A stretch of 40,157 nt of DNA from a virus (lineage: Duplodnaviria > Heunggongvirae > Uroviricota > Caudoviricetes): the IMG/VR virus record IMGVR_UViG_3300046557_000835. One strand, 5' to 3'. The position numbers and the translations under genes are program-made. This document shows, in pieces, positions 1 to 9,255 of the stretch. Every line of letters begins with the position of its first letter. The first letter of the stretch is position 1. The notes beneath the pieces were generated by a model, which was given only the letters and a program-made list of their open reading frames with translations, was not told where the DNA came from and searched no databases.

Positions 1-1001
1 AAGCCACCGACCAGAATACCGATGATGTTCAGCGGGATCGTGAAGAAGCAGATCGGCGGAATGAACATCAGCGCGATCGAGATGATCTGGCAAAACACGA
101 ACAGCGGGGTCGACATGGTGGCGTTGGTGCCACCGAATAGTTCATGGATCTTGTTCAGACCGGTGATCAGGTGCACGCCGCCACCGAAACGGGTTGCGAA
201 TTGATCAGCCAGTTGTTCGGATGCGGTGGTGTCATAAATGCTGATGCCGAGTTCCGAACGCGACAGCTCAGCTACTTCGGTCACGATCGCGGTTTCCAGG
301 ATCGAACGTTTGTCGATTTTGGCCAGCGCTTTGACGTCGACGTCTTTCAGCTTCAGGTCGTCCACGGTACGGGCGATGATGACTTCACGCTTGTCGACTT
401 GGTAGTTGCCTTCCAGTTCTTTCACCATCGCCGCCAACGCTTGGTTGGTGGAGACGGTGCGCGAGAAGGTCTCACAGTAGGTGAAGAAGTGACCGATTTC
501 ATGCAGCACGACTGCTGTCATTTCTTCGGAGGTAAGACGGTTGCTACCAGGCGACCAACCTTCCGGCGAACGACCACCGCGTTTGAGCATGATGTCCGGC
601 AGATAGATCGTGAACGGCAGTTCCGAAAACAGGCCCGAAAGCTTGCCGGTCATGATATTCACGCCAGCCTTGACACCACCCGAACCACCGACGAAGCGCT
701 TGGTGAAGTTCAGCTGTGCGGCGAAGAACTCGCGCCAGTCATTGCGAACCAGCACACTGTTGTGGTATTCGTCGAAAATCCGCACGCATGGCCATTCGTC
801 GCCGAACGAGATCGAGACGTTGGCGTTGAAACGGTTACGGATGATGGCTTCGATGAGTTGTTCGTTCTTACGCTTTTGTTCATCGTAGGCACCAGGGCCT
901 TGATTGAACATGATATCACGGAACGCCAGCTCCAGTTCTTTGAAGGTCTGTGTGTCCTGATAGTGAATCGCCTCGGTGGAGAGCAGGGGCATGCGTTGCA
1001 T
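1..1001 (-). CDS. Zincin-like (HExxH) metalloprotease, probable virion protein; runs off the left edge (partial)
   Basis: Manual translation from ATG at 1001 (SD AAGGA) gives MQRMPLLSTEAIHYQ..., then TSEEMTAVVLHEIGHFF (HEIGH at 489-503), SEQLADQFATRFGG, and a hydrophobic stretch near position 1-110. It is missing from the ORF track because there is no stop in the window. Confidence 0.75.
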   Translation of the reverse strand, partial: MQRMPLLSTEAIHYQDTQTFKELELAFRDIMFNQGPGAYDEQKRKNEQLIEAIIRNRFNANVSISFGDEWPCVRIFDEYHNSVLVRNDWREFFAAQLNFTKRFVGGSGGVKAGVNIMTGKLSGLFSELPFTIYLPDIMLKRGGRSPEGWSPGSNRLTSEEMTAVVLHEIGHFFTYCETFSRTVSTNQALAAMVKELEGNYQVDKREVIIARTVDDLKLKDVDVKALAKIDKRSILETAIVTEVAELSRSELGISIYDTTASEQLADQFATRFGGGVHLITGLNKIHELFGGTNATMSTPLFVFCQIISIALMFIPPICFFTIPLNIIGILVGG

Positions 1002-1149
1002 GGTGGGTATCCTTGTTAACCTAGGGGATAAAAAGTAAAAATAACGGGCGGTGCTATTATCTGGCTCAGCACGAGAAGAACAAATATAAAAGCCTGTTAT
1101 CGGGGAAGTCATACTGATAATCACCCAACATCAATGGATCGTTTAGCGT

Positions 1150-3009
1150 ATGTCAACAAAAAAACTCAAGGACTACAACCCCAAAGACATTATCGGGTAT
1201 GAAGTTCGGCACAGTACCTTCTGTCCGCCGCCAGAACCCGGCATGCCCGATATCCACTTGATCAAACGTGTTGCTCACGTCAAGGAGGGTGACAAGACGG
1301 TGTTGGTACCCCACATCGTTGTCAAAAAGAACTTTGAAAGGAAATTCTGGATCGAAAGACCTGGCGCACAAAACCATCGCGAGAAGCGTGAATTCCAAGA
1401 TATGGAGAACTTGCAAGAGTTCACTTGCACCGAAACCGAACTACAAAACAAGGCGCGTAAAGAAATTGTTGAGCGCACCGAGAAAGCGCGGAAACGTTTC
1501 GAGCTGCCGTTCCCAAGCGAACGCGATATCACGCTGAGGAAGAGCCGTAATCCTTATCTGTACGGCACCGCGATTTCGCCGAGAGAATACACGCGCAACA
1601 TGCGCCTTCTTGCGCGTAGCCCTTATCTGTACGGCACAGACGTGTCGTCCACGACGTTGATTAAGAAAATGTACATGGACATGTTCCCGCAGCTGCGTTC
1701 CCAGTCCAGCGTAGCGGCGACCGACGTTGAAACGAACATGTTCAGCAAAGAACAAGAGATCATCATGCAGACGATCTCATTCAAAGAGCGCGTCTTTACC
1801 GCCGTTAAGCGCGATTTCTTCAAGGGCTACACCAACATTGAAGAAAAGCTCCATGAAGCGGCCCGGTACTACATTGGCGATGTCTTCAAAGCGCGCAACA
1901 TCACGTGGGAAGTAATCCTCGTCGATACGGCAGCCGATGTGGTCAAGGCTGTGATCGCCAAAGCGCACGACTGGCAGCCAGACTTCTTGGCGATCTGGAA
2001 TATCAAGTTCGACATGGTGAAGATGCTGGAAGCGTTAACTGCCAACGGCGATGATCCTGCCCAAGTGTTTTCGCACCCAACCATGCCAGACGCCTACAAG
2101 TTCTTTGAATTCACGGTTGGGCCGAGTTCGAAGACCACTGCATCCGGTGTTCATAAGCCGCTGGGTTTCCACGAACAGTGGCATGTGGCCGCTACGCCCG
2201 CATCGTTTTACTTTATCGACGCAATGTGCGTGTATCGGCAAGTGCGGCAAGGTCAGCAAGAAGAGCCAAGCTATAAGCTCGACGCCATCATGGACAAGTA
2301 TCTGAACCGGGGCAAGCTCAAGTTCACGGAGGCCGACGGATATTCGGACGGCGCTTGGCATGAGTTCATGCAAGAGTTCTACAAAGTCGAGTATGTAGTG
2401 TACAACGTGTTCGACTGCGTGGGTATGGAGATGCTCGACGAGAAGACCGCGGACTTAAACCTGAACTTCCCGCTGTACTCAGGACCGTCGGACTACGCCA
2501 TCTTCCCTTCGCAACCGAAGAAGTTGTGCAACAAGTTCTTCTTCGAATTGCTGAAAGAAGACCGGGTGCTAGCCAGTACCTCAGATACCATGCGTGATGA
2601 GAACGATGACCGCACCGTAATCGGTAAAGGTTGGATTACGATGTTGCCAGCGCATTTGGTGCTGGACACAGGTCTTAAGTGTTTAGAAGAGATGACGAAT
2701 GTGGCGTCGAACATTCGGATTGGTGTGGGTGACTTGGACATCGCTGGTACCTACCCGAACGAAGGTATCTGCATGAACATCTCGAAGTACACCACGCATC
2801 GAGAGTTGCTGTACATCGAAGGGGTTCCGGATCACATCCGTCGACGGATTGGTTTTAATCTGGCGGGTGGCCACGTGAATGCATTGGAAATCTGTCATGA
2901 CCTCTACAAGGCACCAACACTCGACCAGATGTACCAATCGTATCTGCGACACCAACAGTTGCAACAATCCCCACCTGTGCTGATTGAAAACCAGCGCACT
3001 GCCGCTTAA
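1150..3009 (+). CDS. Split family-B DNA polymerase, exonuclease/N-terminal subunit (phiKZ gp82-like, RNase H fold)
   Basis: ExoI ATDVETN, ExoII IWNIKFDM, ExoIII YNVFDC, plus polymerase motif A-like GDLDIAGTYPN near the C-terminus. Confidence 0.85.
   Translation: MSTKKLKDYNPKDIIGYEVRHSTFCPPPEPGMPDIHLIKRVAHVKEGDKTVLVPHIVVKKNFERKFWIERPGAQNHREKREFQDMENLQEFTCTETELQNKARKEIVERTEKARKRFELPFPSERDITLRKSRNPYLYGTAISPREYTRNMRLLARSPYLYGTDVSSTTLIKKMYMDMFPQLRSQSSVAATDVETNMFSKEQEIIMQTISFKERVFTAVKRDFFKGYTNIEEKLHEAARYYIGDVFKARNITWEVILVDTAADVVKAVIAKAHDWQPDFLAIWNIKFDMVKMLEALTANGDDPAQVFSHPTMPDAYKFFEFTVGPSSKTTASGVHKPLGFHEQWHVAATPASFYFIDAMCVYRQVRQGQQEEPSYKLDAIMDKYLNRGKLKFTEADGYSDGAWHEFMQEFYKVEYVVYNVFDCVGMEMLDEKTADLNLNFPLYSGPSDYAIFPSQPKKLCNKFFFELLKEDRVLASTSDTMRDENDDRTVIGKGWITMLPAHLVLDTGLKCLEEMTNVASNIRIGVGDLDIAGTYPNEGICMNISKYTTHRELLYIEGVPDHIRRRIGFNLAGGHVNALEICHDLYKAPTLDQMYQSYLRHQQLQQSPPVLIENQRTAA
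1552..1637 (+). repeat. 17 bp direct repeat CCTTATCTGTACGGCAC, 69 bp apart, inside the polymerase exonuclease gene
   Basis: Copies at 1552-1568 and 1621-1637 encode RNPYLYGTAIS and RSPYLYGTDVS. Confidence 0.85.
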
Positions 3010-3013
3010 TACG

Positions 3014-3067
3014 CGGCATACTACCCCTACCGGCCTCACGGCTAGTAGGGGTAGTTGACTTATGCCG
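3014..3067. terminator. Hairpin at a convergent gene junction, flanked by CGGCATA...TATGCCG
   Basis: CTACCCCTAC (3021-3030) pairs with GTAGGGGTAG (3045-3054); flanks 3014-3020 and 3061-3067 are complementary. No clear U-tract. Confidence 0.55.
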
Positions 3068-3077
3068 TCGGAACGAC

Positions 3078-4010
3078 TTAGACGTGGAAGAAGTTCAACA
3101 CGCGCTGGCGGGCATCTTCTTTGACGCCGTGCACGCGGAAGGCTTTGTCCATGTTGGTTTGACGCAGCGCTTGGTTACGCAGGGCCGGATCGGCCAGGGC
3201 GGTCAGGGCCGACAGCAGGTAGCGGAAGTGCGCCATCTTGTTGCCCGGCAGGGTGGCATGCGGGGTGTAGCGATGCATGTTCTCGAAGCTGAACACGCCG
3301 TTCAGGTTTTCGCGGATCAGGCGCATCGTCAGGCCGAAGGTGGCTTCGAAGTCTTCAGCGCGGGTGTTGATCGCTTGTACCAGGGTGTGGTACAGGTGCG
3401 CTTGCGCTTGACCACCTTGGTCCGGCGACAGGCGCCCCGCGGACGACATCTTGGCGATGTAGTCTTTCAGTTCTTCGATGGTCAGGCGAGCGCTGGACGA
3501 GGCCGACAGCGGCAGTTGGTACGGATCGACCGGGATGGCCGGCGGCTGCACTTGACCGGTTGGGATCTCGACCGGTTCTTTTCGTGCGCCAGCCTGGAGC
3601 AGCAGGTCTTGAACCGCGGCGATGTTTGCTTGGGCGGCTTCCACATCGATTGCCGGTTTGAAGCCTTCGCTGGTGTTACTGCCGACAGCTTCTTTCACGT
3701 CAGCGTCGAATTGTTTGGCTTCTGTCTTGACCAGGTTACCATCCGCGACAGCCGCTTCCAGGATCTCGTCGGCAGCAGCATCGGTGGCGCTCAGGGCAGC
3801 AGTGTTGTAGTTCTCGACGTTCTGCGGGGTCAGGGTGATGGTCGAAGCCTCGTCCGAGGTACCGGTGCCTTCGATCACGATCTCGTTGGTCATGTCGACG
3901 GGTTGTTCCGGCGTATCGGTCGCCTTGATGTCTTCGTAGCTCACGGATTCATCCTTTGCTTGAGTTGGGGTGGAAGTTTGGAATTGCGAACGGGGGCGGT
4001 TCTTGGCCAT
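3078..4010 (-). CDS. Hypothetical protein with acidic low-complexity N-terminus and helical C-terminal domain
   Basis: 310 aa ORF with SD AGGAG upstream and codon usage like its neighbours; no motif recognised. Confidence 0.75.
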   Translation of the reverse strand: MAKNRPRSQFQTSTPTQAKDESVSYEDIKATDTPEQPVDMTNEIVIEGTGTSDEASTITLTPQNVENYNTAALSATDAAADEILEAAVADGNLVKTEAKQFDADVKEAVGSNTSEGFKPAIDVEAAQANIAAVQDLLLQAGARKEPVEIPTGQVQPPAIPVDPYQLPLSASSSARLTIEELKDYIAKMSSAGRLSPDQGGQAQAHLYHTLVQAINTRAEDFEATFGLTMRLIRENLNGVFSFENMHRYTPHATLPGNKMAHFRYLLSALTALADPALRNQALRQTNMDKAFRVHGVKEDARQRVLNFFHV

Positions 4011-4040
4011 GGTGGGCTCCTAAAAGGTTAAAAGATTCGC

Positions 4041-5372
4041 TCAAAGAATACGCGTTTTGAAGTCGTATTTCTTCAGCAGCAGTGCTTTACCGTGGTTTGC
4101 CTTCATGAACATCAGCATGATCGTTGAGCCGAAGTCCGAGATGGCGGAGGAAGAACCCGTCGGGTTTTCTTCCAAACGCGGACCGACGCACGCGGCGCAG
4201 TAGTCGGTATGCGGGAGGATACAATACATAGGAGAACGCGCCAGCACGTCTTTGCCTGCGTATTGCTTAATAACGTCTTCAGTCAAGCGCACGGTTGCGC
4301 CATCGACAATCACACTGAAGTTTAAGTACTTTTGCATCATGTCCGGGGTGAGCTTGATTTTCTTACCCAGCTTGGTACCGCAATCACCCGGCTTGATGTT
4401 GATGTTGCTCGATGCCCGTTGCAACCACTTCACCGATTCACCACCCTTCATGGTTTCGGCACCACGGTTGAACGAACCCGCCCGCAGGTTGTTGATCATG
4501 GCGGGCATTTTGTCCACGTCCCAGCCTTCAGCTAGCGACTTCGGCACCAGCTCCATGTTGTTACCGTCGCCCAGACCCGCCTCAGCACCCACCATCAAGA
4601 ATTTCTTGGCGCGGGTCACGTCGACTTTCGAGCCGATCAGGAAGTTCAGCGCATCGTCGCCCTTGAGCCATTCTTGGTCGAACGCTTTCAATTCCGCAGC
4701 AATCGCCGCGATGGTCGCGGGGTCGAAGTTGGTGTCCGACGGATCGATTCCATACTTCTTAAAGAGCGATGCTTTAAATTCAGCCAAGCCTGGCGGCGGC
4801 AGCAGCGTCTTGGCCGTACCACCCGTCACCCACAGGTTTGCAAAACCAGTGATGTAGGTCATGGCGTTGGTGAACTTGAGGTATTCGGAGACGTAGATCA
4901 GCTTCGGATTGATCGAGGTTGCCGTGTTGGTGGGTTGTCCATCGGCTGGATCATCGACCAGTAACGGCAGGATGATGTTTTCGAGTGCCTCCGGTTTCAT
5001 CCGACCAAGGATGAAGGGGATCTTGTTACCGAACGGGTACACCAACAAAATGCAGTTGGCCAGGATGTTGCCATAGCTGGTCTCGGCTTCGGTGGTTAGG
5101 TTTTCAATTGCCCCCGCTGGCAGCTTGACTTTCTCAGCTTTGTCGAATGGCGGTTGCCCCACTGTCGCGTCTTCCAGCGGCAGCAGTTCGTTGGGGTTCT
5201 CCGGGTTGACGAAGAACACACCAGTCAAAGTCTGCACAATCCGATACGGATACGGGTCAGCCTTGTAGGCATCCGGATTTTCTTGGGTCACAGCAAAGGC
5301 GCTGATCACCCAGTTCTTGTGGCGATGCATCCCAGCCTTCATTGCGGCTAGGAAGAATTCTAAACGTTTCAT
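4041..5372 (-). CDS. Virion RNA polymerase beta' subunit fragment (phiKZ gp80-like)
   Basis: beta' bridge-helix and Zn-site motifs RAGSFNRGAET, GDCGT, RSPMYC..DYCAACVG, and trigger-loop-like DFGSTIMLMFMKANH. Confidence 0.82.
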   Translation of the reverse strand: MKRLEFFLAAMKAGMHRHKNWVISAFAVTQENPDAYKADPYPYRIVQTLTGVFFVNPENPNELLPLEDATVGQPPFDKAEKVKLPAGAIENLTTEAETSYGNILANCILLVYPFGNKIPFILGRMKPEALENIILPLLVDDPADGQPTNTATSINPKLIYVSEYLKFTNAMTYITGFANLWVTGGTAKTLLPPPGLAEFKASLFKKYGIDPSDTNFDPATIAAIAAELKAFDQEWLKGDDALNFLIGSKVDVTRAKKFLMVGAEAGLGDGNNMELVPKSLAEGWDVDKMPAMINNLRAGSFNRGAETMKGGESVKWLQRASSNINIKPGDCGTKLGKKIKLTPDMMQKYLNFSVIVDGATVRLTEDVIKQYAGKDVLARSPMYCILPHTDYCAACVGPRLEENPTGSSSAISDFGSTIMLMFMKANHGKALLLKKYDFKTRIL

Positions 5373-6220
5373 TTCGAGTATCCCATCGTGAGCTTACGCA
5401 CTTCGACCATGACATCCGAGATGAGTTTCAAGTCAGGGATGAATTGCTCTAAGCACGCCTTCACCGTTTCACCCGGATTACCGTAGCCGTCGCTGGAGAT
5501 CAAGGCCGCAGCAAACAGTTCACGGGCAATCTGAATCCCCGGCATCGACAGAATCGGTTGCATCCCATCAATGAGTTTGGCGTACAGCTCAAACGTCATA
5601 CCTGGCCGGACACTACCTTGCAACATGTTCGGCACATGCACGATCGAACCCCCGACCGAAGTCAGGTAAATGTCGAACTTGCGGAATGCGTGAACCCGTT
5701 CACGGGTCTGATGCAGCTCATCGTCATCATGGTCGTGTAATTCAGCTTGGTTGCTGTCTTTCAAACGACGGAAGAAGGTTTCCGACACTTCTTCGACCGC
5801 CATCATCAGTTCATCCGTGGCCCAGGTCGTGACTTGGCCCAACATGGTGGCCAGCTTTTCGATCGGTCGAGCTTCTTCGTCCGCGATCTTAAAGAGCTGT
5901 TCGGGGTTTTCGACATTGTCGATATCCAGCAAACCATTGACGATATCGGCCAGCTGCTTGACACTCAAGTCTTCACGGACTTTGATTGCGTGCAAATCCA
6001 GCAGATAAATAAGGTTGTTGCGGTAGACAGCGAGCACCTCGACCAAGGCAGCGCCGGAATCCATCTCTTCTTTGGTAGAGAGGATTTCTTCAATCACGTG
6101 CTCGTACTCCATGTCTGCACGTTGTAACACACGGTCGGCCACCATCACGCAATTCTTCTCTTCCACTGTGGTCTCAGTGTCGAGGAAATCACTTAACAAG
6201 TCTAACATAGTTGGGATCAC
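5369..6220 (-). CDS. Hypothetical protein, translationally coupled to the vRNAP fragment
   Basis: 283 aa ORF whose stop overlaps the downstream ATG by 4 nt. Confidence 0.7.
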   Translation of the reverse strand: MIPTMLDLLSDFLDTETTVEEKNCVMVADRVLQRADMEYEHVIEEILSTKEEMDSGAALVEVLAVYRNNLIYLLDLHAIKVREDLSVKQLADIVNGLLDIDNVENPEQLFKIADEEARPIEKLATMLGQVTTWATDELMMAVEEVSETFFRRLKDSNQAELHDHDDDELHQTRERVHAFRKFDIYLTSVGGSIVHVPNMLQGSVRPGMTFELYAKLIDGMQPILSMPGIQIARELFAAALISSDGYGNPGETVKACLEQFIPDLKLISDVMVEVRKLTMGYSK

Positions 6221-6457
6221 CCAAAAGGTGGAAAAAAAGAAGGGGTCATCCGCGGATTACTCGTTGGACGTTGTCAAATGATTGGGAACAAACTCCCCAT
6301 TCTCTGGAGTTGCTTGATTGTCTATGCGGCAAATCTATTGTTATAAAAAAATATCTACCGTTCGCCATCGTCTGACAGTTGCCTTGAGTCAAGGCTTTTT
6401 CAGAGATTTGGCGGGTCTCGCACGCAGTTTAACAAAAGAAGTATTCGGAGCTAGGAA

Positions 6458-7132
6458 ATGACCAAGAAAAGTTTAGCACGCCAACAGCGTGACGAAGTCG
6501 CCAAGAACGCCCAACAGAGCGGCGTGAAGAGTCTGTATGCTGTCCTGGAAGACATGCACGAACAACAGCGCGGCATGTTCGGCCAGTATGCCAAAATGAT
6601 CCAACTGATCTCGCACGATCACGTGCGCCCGTTCCTCGACCAACCGGAGCGCGTAAACATCCTTCTCAAGGGCATGAGTGCTGACATCGACGAGCTGCTC
6701 AGCAAGACCGAACTGCTGTACCAAGGTCATCGCGGCAAGGCCGGCTTCCCCGACCCGACCGATGAAGACGAACACTTCAACATCATCCAGATGCAGCAGC
6801 AGTACATGATTTACCTGAACGTGCACCAGCAGAACCTGATGCCGGTGATGTTCGAACTGGACGAACACCTGAACCGCGCCCTGGCCGTGCTGCGTCAGCG
6901 CCAAGCGGATGCCATCTCGAATGCAACCGCCCAGAACACCGCGCCGGTCGAAAACGACCCATCGTTCGCCAACGCACCAGTCGTCGAGCAACAACCGAAC
7001 ACTGTCCAAGTCAACGGCATGACCGTGCGTGCCGACGGCCAAGGTTGGACCCAAGAAAACGTGAACCAGTCGGCAGCGGCGCCGACCAGCAGCCCGTACG
7101 AAGCGCCGGCCATCGACACCAACCTACACTAA
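6458..7132 (+). CDS. Hypothetical protein (coiled-coil N-terminus, disordered tail)
   Basis: 224 aa ORF, SD AGGA, first gene of a plus-strand cassette. Confidence 0.75.
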   Translation: MTKKSLARQQRDEVAKNAQQSGVKSLYAVLEDMHEQQRGMFGQYAKMIQLISHDHVRPFLDQPERVNILLKGMSADIDELLSKTELLYQGHRGKAGFPDPTDEDEHFNIIQMQQQYMIYLNVHQQNLMPVMFELDEHLNRALAVLRQRQADAISNATAQNTAPVENDPSFANAPVVEQQPNTVQVNGMTVRADGQGWTQENVNQSAAAPTSSPYEAPAIDTNLH

Positions 7133-7144
7133 TCGGAGATCACG

Positions 7145-8791
7145 ATGCAACCTAATGATCCCAACACCGACCTGATCCCAGAGGTTATGGCTGACTCGGC
7201 TCCAGTCATGGTTGACGTGCCGACCATCGAAACCGATGGCGGTGCACCGGCGGTGCCGGTGGCCGAAGACGGCATCGATGAAATCGATCTGTCGTCGGTC
7301 GTGCCTGTGCCTGCGCTGAACGAAGGCGATGATTCGCAACAGCCGGTTGCCGAAGACGCGACCCAAAGCAGCTTCCAATGGCCGGCGCCGACTCCCATCA
7401 ACAATGCCACCATCTCGTCCGAGTACGCCAAAGACATCGGCGACCAGTGGGATGACTTGGCCACCACCATCGCCCTGCCGGCCGACACCGCGGCGCGGAC
7501 GATGAACTACGGGGAAACCAACCCGCACGCGGATGCGCAGGTCGATAGCGAAGCCGGTGAGAAGTGGGCAGAAACCATTTCGGTCGGTCTGAACAACGGC
7601 TCGTTCCACGACAACCTGTTGCCCGCTGCGCGCCGTGAAGGTGCCAACTACCAGCAGAAGATCACCCCGGAAGGTGGCCGTTCGTTAGCGATCGCCGCAC
7701 CGCGGTTTGCCGACGATGAAGGTCCGCTGATGACCGGTGAGCGCGCTATGCTGCGTGTGAATGCCCTGATGGGTCGGGGCGCCATCATCCAAGTGCCACT
7801 GTGGCATTCGGGTTTCTGGATCACGCTCAAGTCCCCGGGTGAAATCGAGCTGCTGGACGCGCTGCAACACATCAGCGACAACAAGATCGAATTCGGCCGT
7901 TCGACCAACGGCTTGGCATTCGCCAACCACGTGGTGGTCAGCAACAGCGCGATCGTCGACCTGGCAATGCGCAACCTGTACGAAACCACGGTGGCGGGCT
8001 TTAACACCACCGAGAAGATTCGCGGCGCGATCAACTGCCTGGACATCCCGATGTTGGCATGGGGTCTGGCGTGCGCTGTGTATCCGAAAGGCTTCCAGTT
8101 CGAACGTGCGCTGCTCGACAAGCAAGGCGTGGCCACCACGGTAGTGCAACAACTGCTGAACGTCGGTACCTGCCAGTACACCGACCGCAACAGCCTAAAC
8201 GACTGGCAAGTCGCCCACATGTCGCAACGTGCTACCGGGTCGATGAAAGAATCGGCGCTGGCAATGTACCGTGACCACTTCACCCGCGGCAAGTCGAAGC
8301 TGGTGATGCTCGATGCTGAGATCGGCATCGAACTCAAAGTCCCGTCGGTTGACCAGTTCCTGAATGCCGGTCAACGTTGGGTCGATGAACTGGTGGTCTC
8401 GGTGTCGCAAGCGTTCGCGCAAGACATGAGCGACAAGCAGCGCAACGACATGATCTACGACCGCGCCAAGGCCACCTCGATGCGCCAGTACGTGCACTGG
8501 ATCAATGCCATCGAGATCCCACGCCTGGGTAAACGTATCGTTGACCTGCCGACCCTGGAGCTGACCATCAGTCACATGTCGGGCGACAACACGGTGCGCA
8601 ACAAGTTCTACGAAGTCGTGCAATCGTTCATCAACGACTCGATCATCTCGCTGATCGGCGTGCCGCAAGTGCACCCGGAAGAAGCGAGCCAAGTCGTGCC
8701 ACGCTTCGAGAACATCATCCCCATCGACCCGATCGCTGTTTTTTTCAGCCTCCTTTACCAAAAGATCCAACAAATCCGTCGGCGTCCGTAG
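7145..8791 (+). CDS. Conserved-type jumbo phage protein; possible tail/baseplate assembly chaperone (G-like product)
   Basis: 548 aa ORF, SD GGAG, acidic N-terminus. It ends shortly after an AVFF slippery site; function is inferred from that architecture only. Confidence 0.7.
   Translation: MQPNDPNTDLIPEVMADSAPVMVDVPTIETDGGAPAVPVAEDGIDEIDLSSVVPVPALNEGDDSQQPVAEDATQSSFQWPAPTPINNATISSEYAKDIGDQWDDLATTIALPADTAARTMNYGETNPHADAQVDSEAGEKWAETISVGLNNGSFHDNLLPAARREGANYQQKITPEGGRSLAIAAPRFADDEGPLMTGERAMLRVNALMGRGAIIQVPLWHSGFWITLKSPGEIELLDALQHISDNKIEFGRSTNGLAFANHVVVSNSAIVDLAMRNLYETTVAGFNTTEKIRGAINCLDIPMLAWGLACAVYPKGFQFERALLDKQGVATTVVQQLLNVGTCQYTDRNSLNDWQVAHMSQRATGSMKESALAMYRDHFTRGKSKLVMLDAEIGIELKVPSVDQFLNAGQRWVDELVVSVSQAFAQDMSDKQRNDMIYDRAKATSMRQYVHWINAIEIPRLGKRIVDLPTLELTISHMSGDNTVRNKFYEVVQSFINDSIISLIGVPQVHPEEASQVVPRFENIIPIDPIAVFFSLLYQKIQQIRRRP
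8740..8746 (+). other. Predicted -1 ribosomal frameshift heptamer T-TTT-TTC
   Basis: Seven Ts at 8739-8745, in the correct X-XXY-YYZ register for the 7145 ORF. A -1 shift enters the frame of the 8854-9246 ORF, which is open across the site. Confidence 0.6.
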
Positions 8792-9246
8792 ACCAGATCA
8801 ACCACGTCAGTCACCCGAAGTTCGGGGCAGAGTTCCAAGAGAACCCAACTGGCGTGGTCGAACTGTTTCTCGACGTGCTCTACCCGCTGTTCGCCCACAA
8901 AGGCAAACTCAGCGCAGTGGAAGCGACGCAGTTGCTCCACAAGGCGTATTTGATTCGTTACAACTTGGCCACCGAAGAAGAGTTGAAACTCAACCCTGCG
9001 GCGTTGGTCAAGATGCGTCCGGCCGAAGACCCGTTTCTAGGAACGATGTTAGAAGACCATTTCGAACACTTCATCGAGTTAGAAATTTACCAGTACATGC
9101 AGTGGGGGGATTACATTAACCAACCACGGCATCAGCTGGAAATGATTCGACGGGTGGCCGAGAAACGACGCAAGAAGAAAAATATCCATGAGGCTAATAC
9201 TGCGAAGGATTTGGCCAAGCTGGCCGCCGAGATGAAACCAGGTTAA
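8740..9246 (+). CDS. T-like segment, probably expressed as a ~700 aa frameshift fusion (ORF track calls 8854-9246)
   Basis: The frame is open from the slippery site (FFQPPLPKDP...HPKFGAEF...) with no start codon until a GTG at 8854 that has only a weak SD. The C-terminus has WGDYINQPRHQLEMI followed by a basic tail. Confidence 0.6.
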   Translation, partial: FFQPPLPKDPTNPSASVDQINHVSHPKFGAEFQENPTGVVELFLDVLYPLFAHKGKLSAVEATQLLHKAYLIRYNLATEEELKLNPAALVKMRPAEDPFLGTMLEDHFEHFIELEIYQYMQWGDYINQPRHQLEMIRRVAEKRRKKKNIHEANTAKDLAKLAAEMKPG

Positions 9247-9255
9247 GGAACAATC

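Noticed and set aside
144-1019. 291 aa plus-strand ORF
   Set aside because: Shadow of the real minus-strand HExxH gene (1-1001).
8812-8826. CCCGAA-G-TTCGGG hairpin as a frameshift stimulator
   Set aside because: About 65 nt downstream of the slippery site, too far for the usual 5-9 nt spacing, and the loop is too short.
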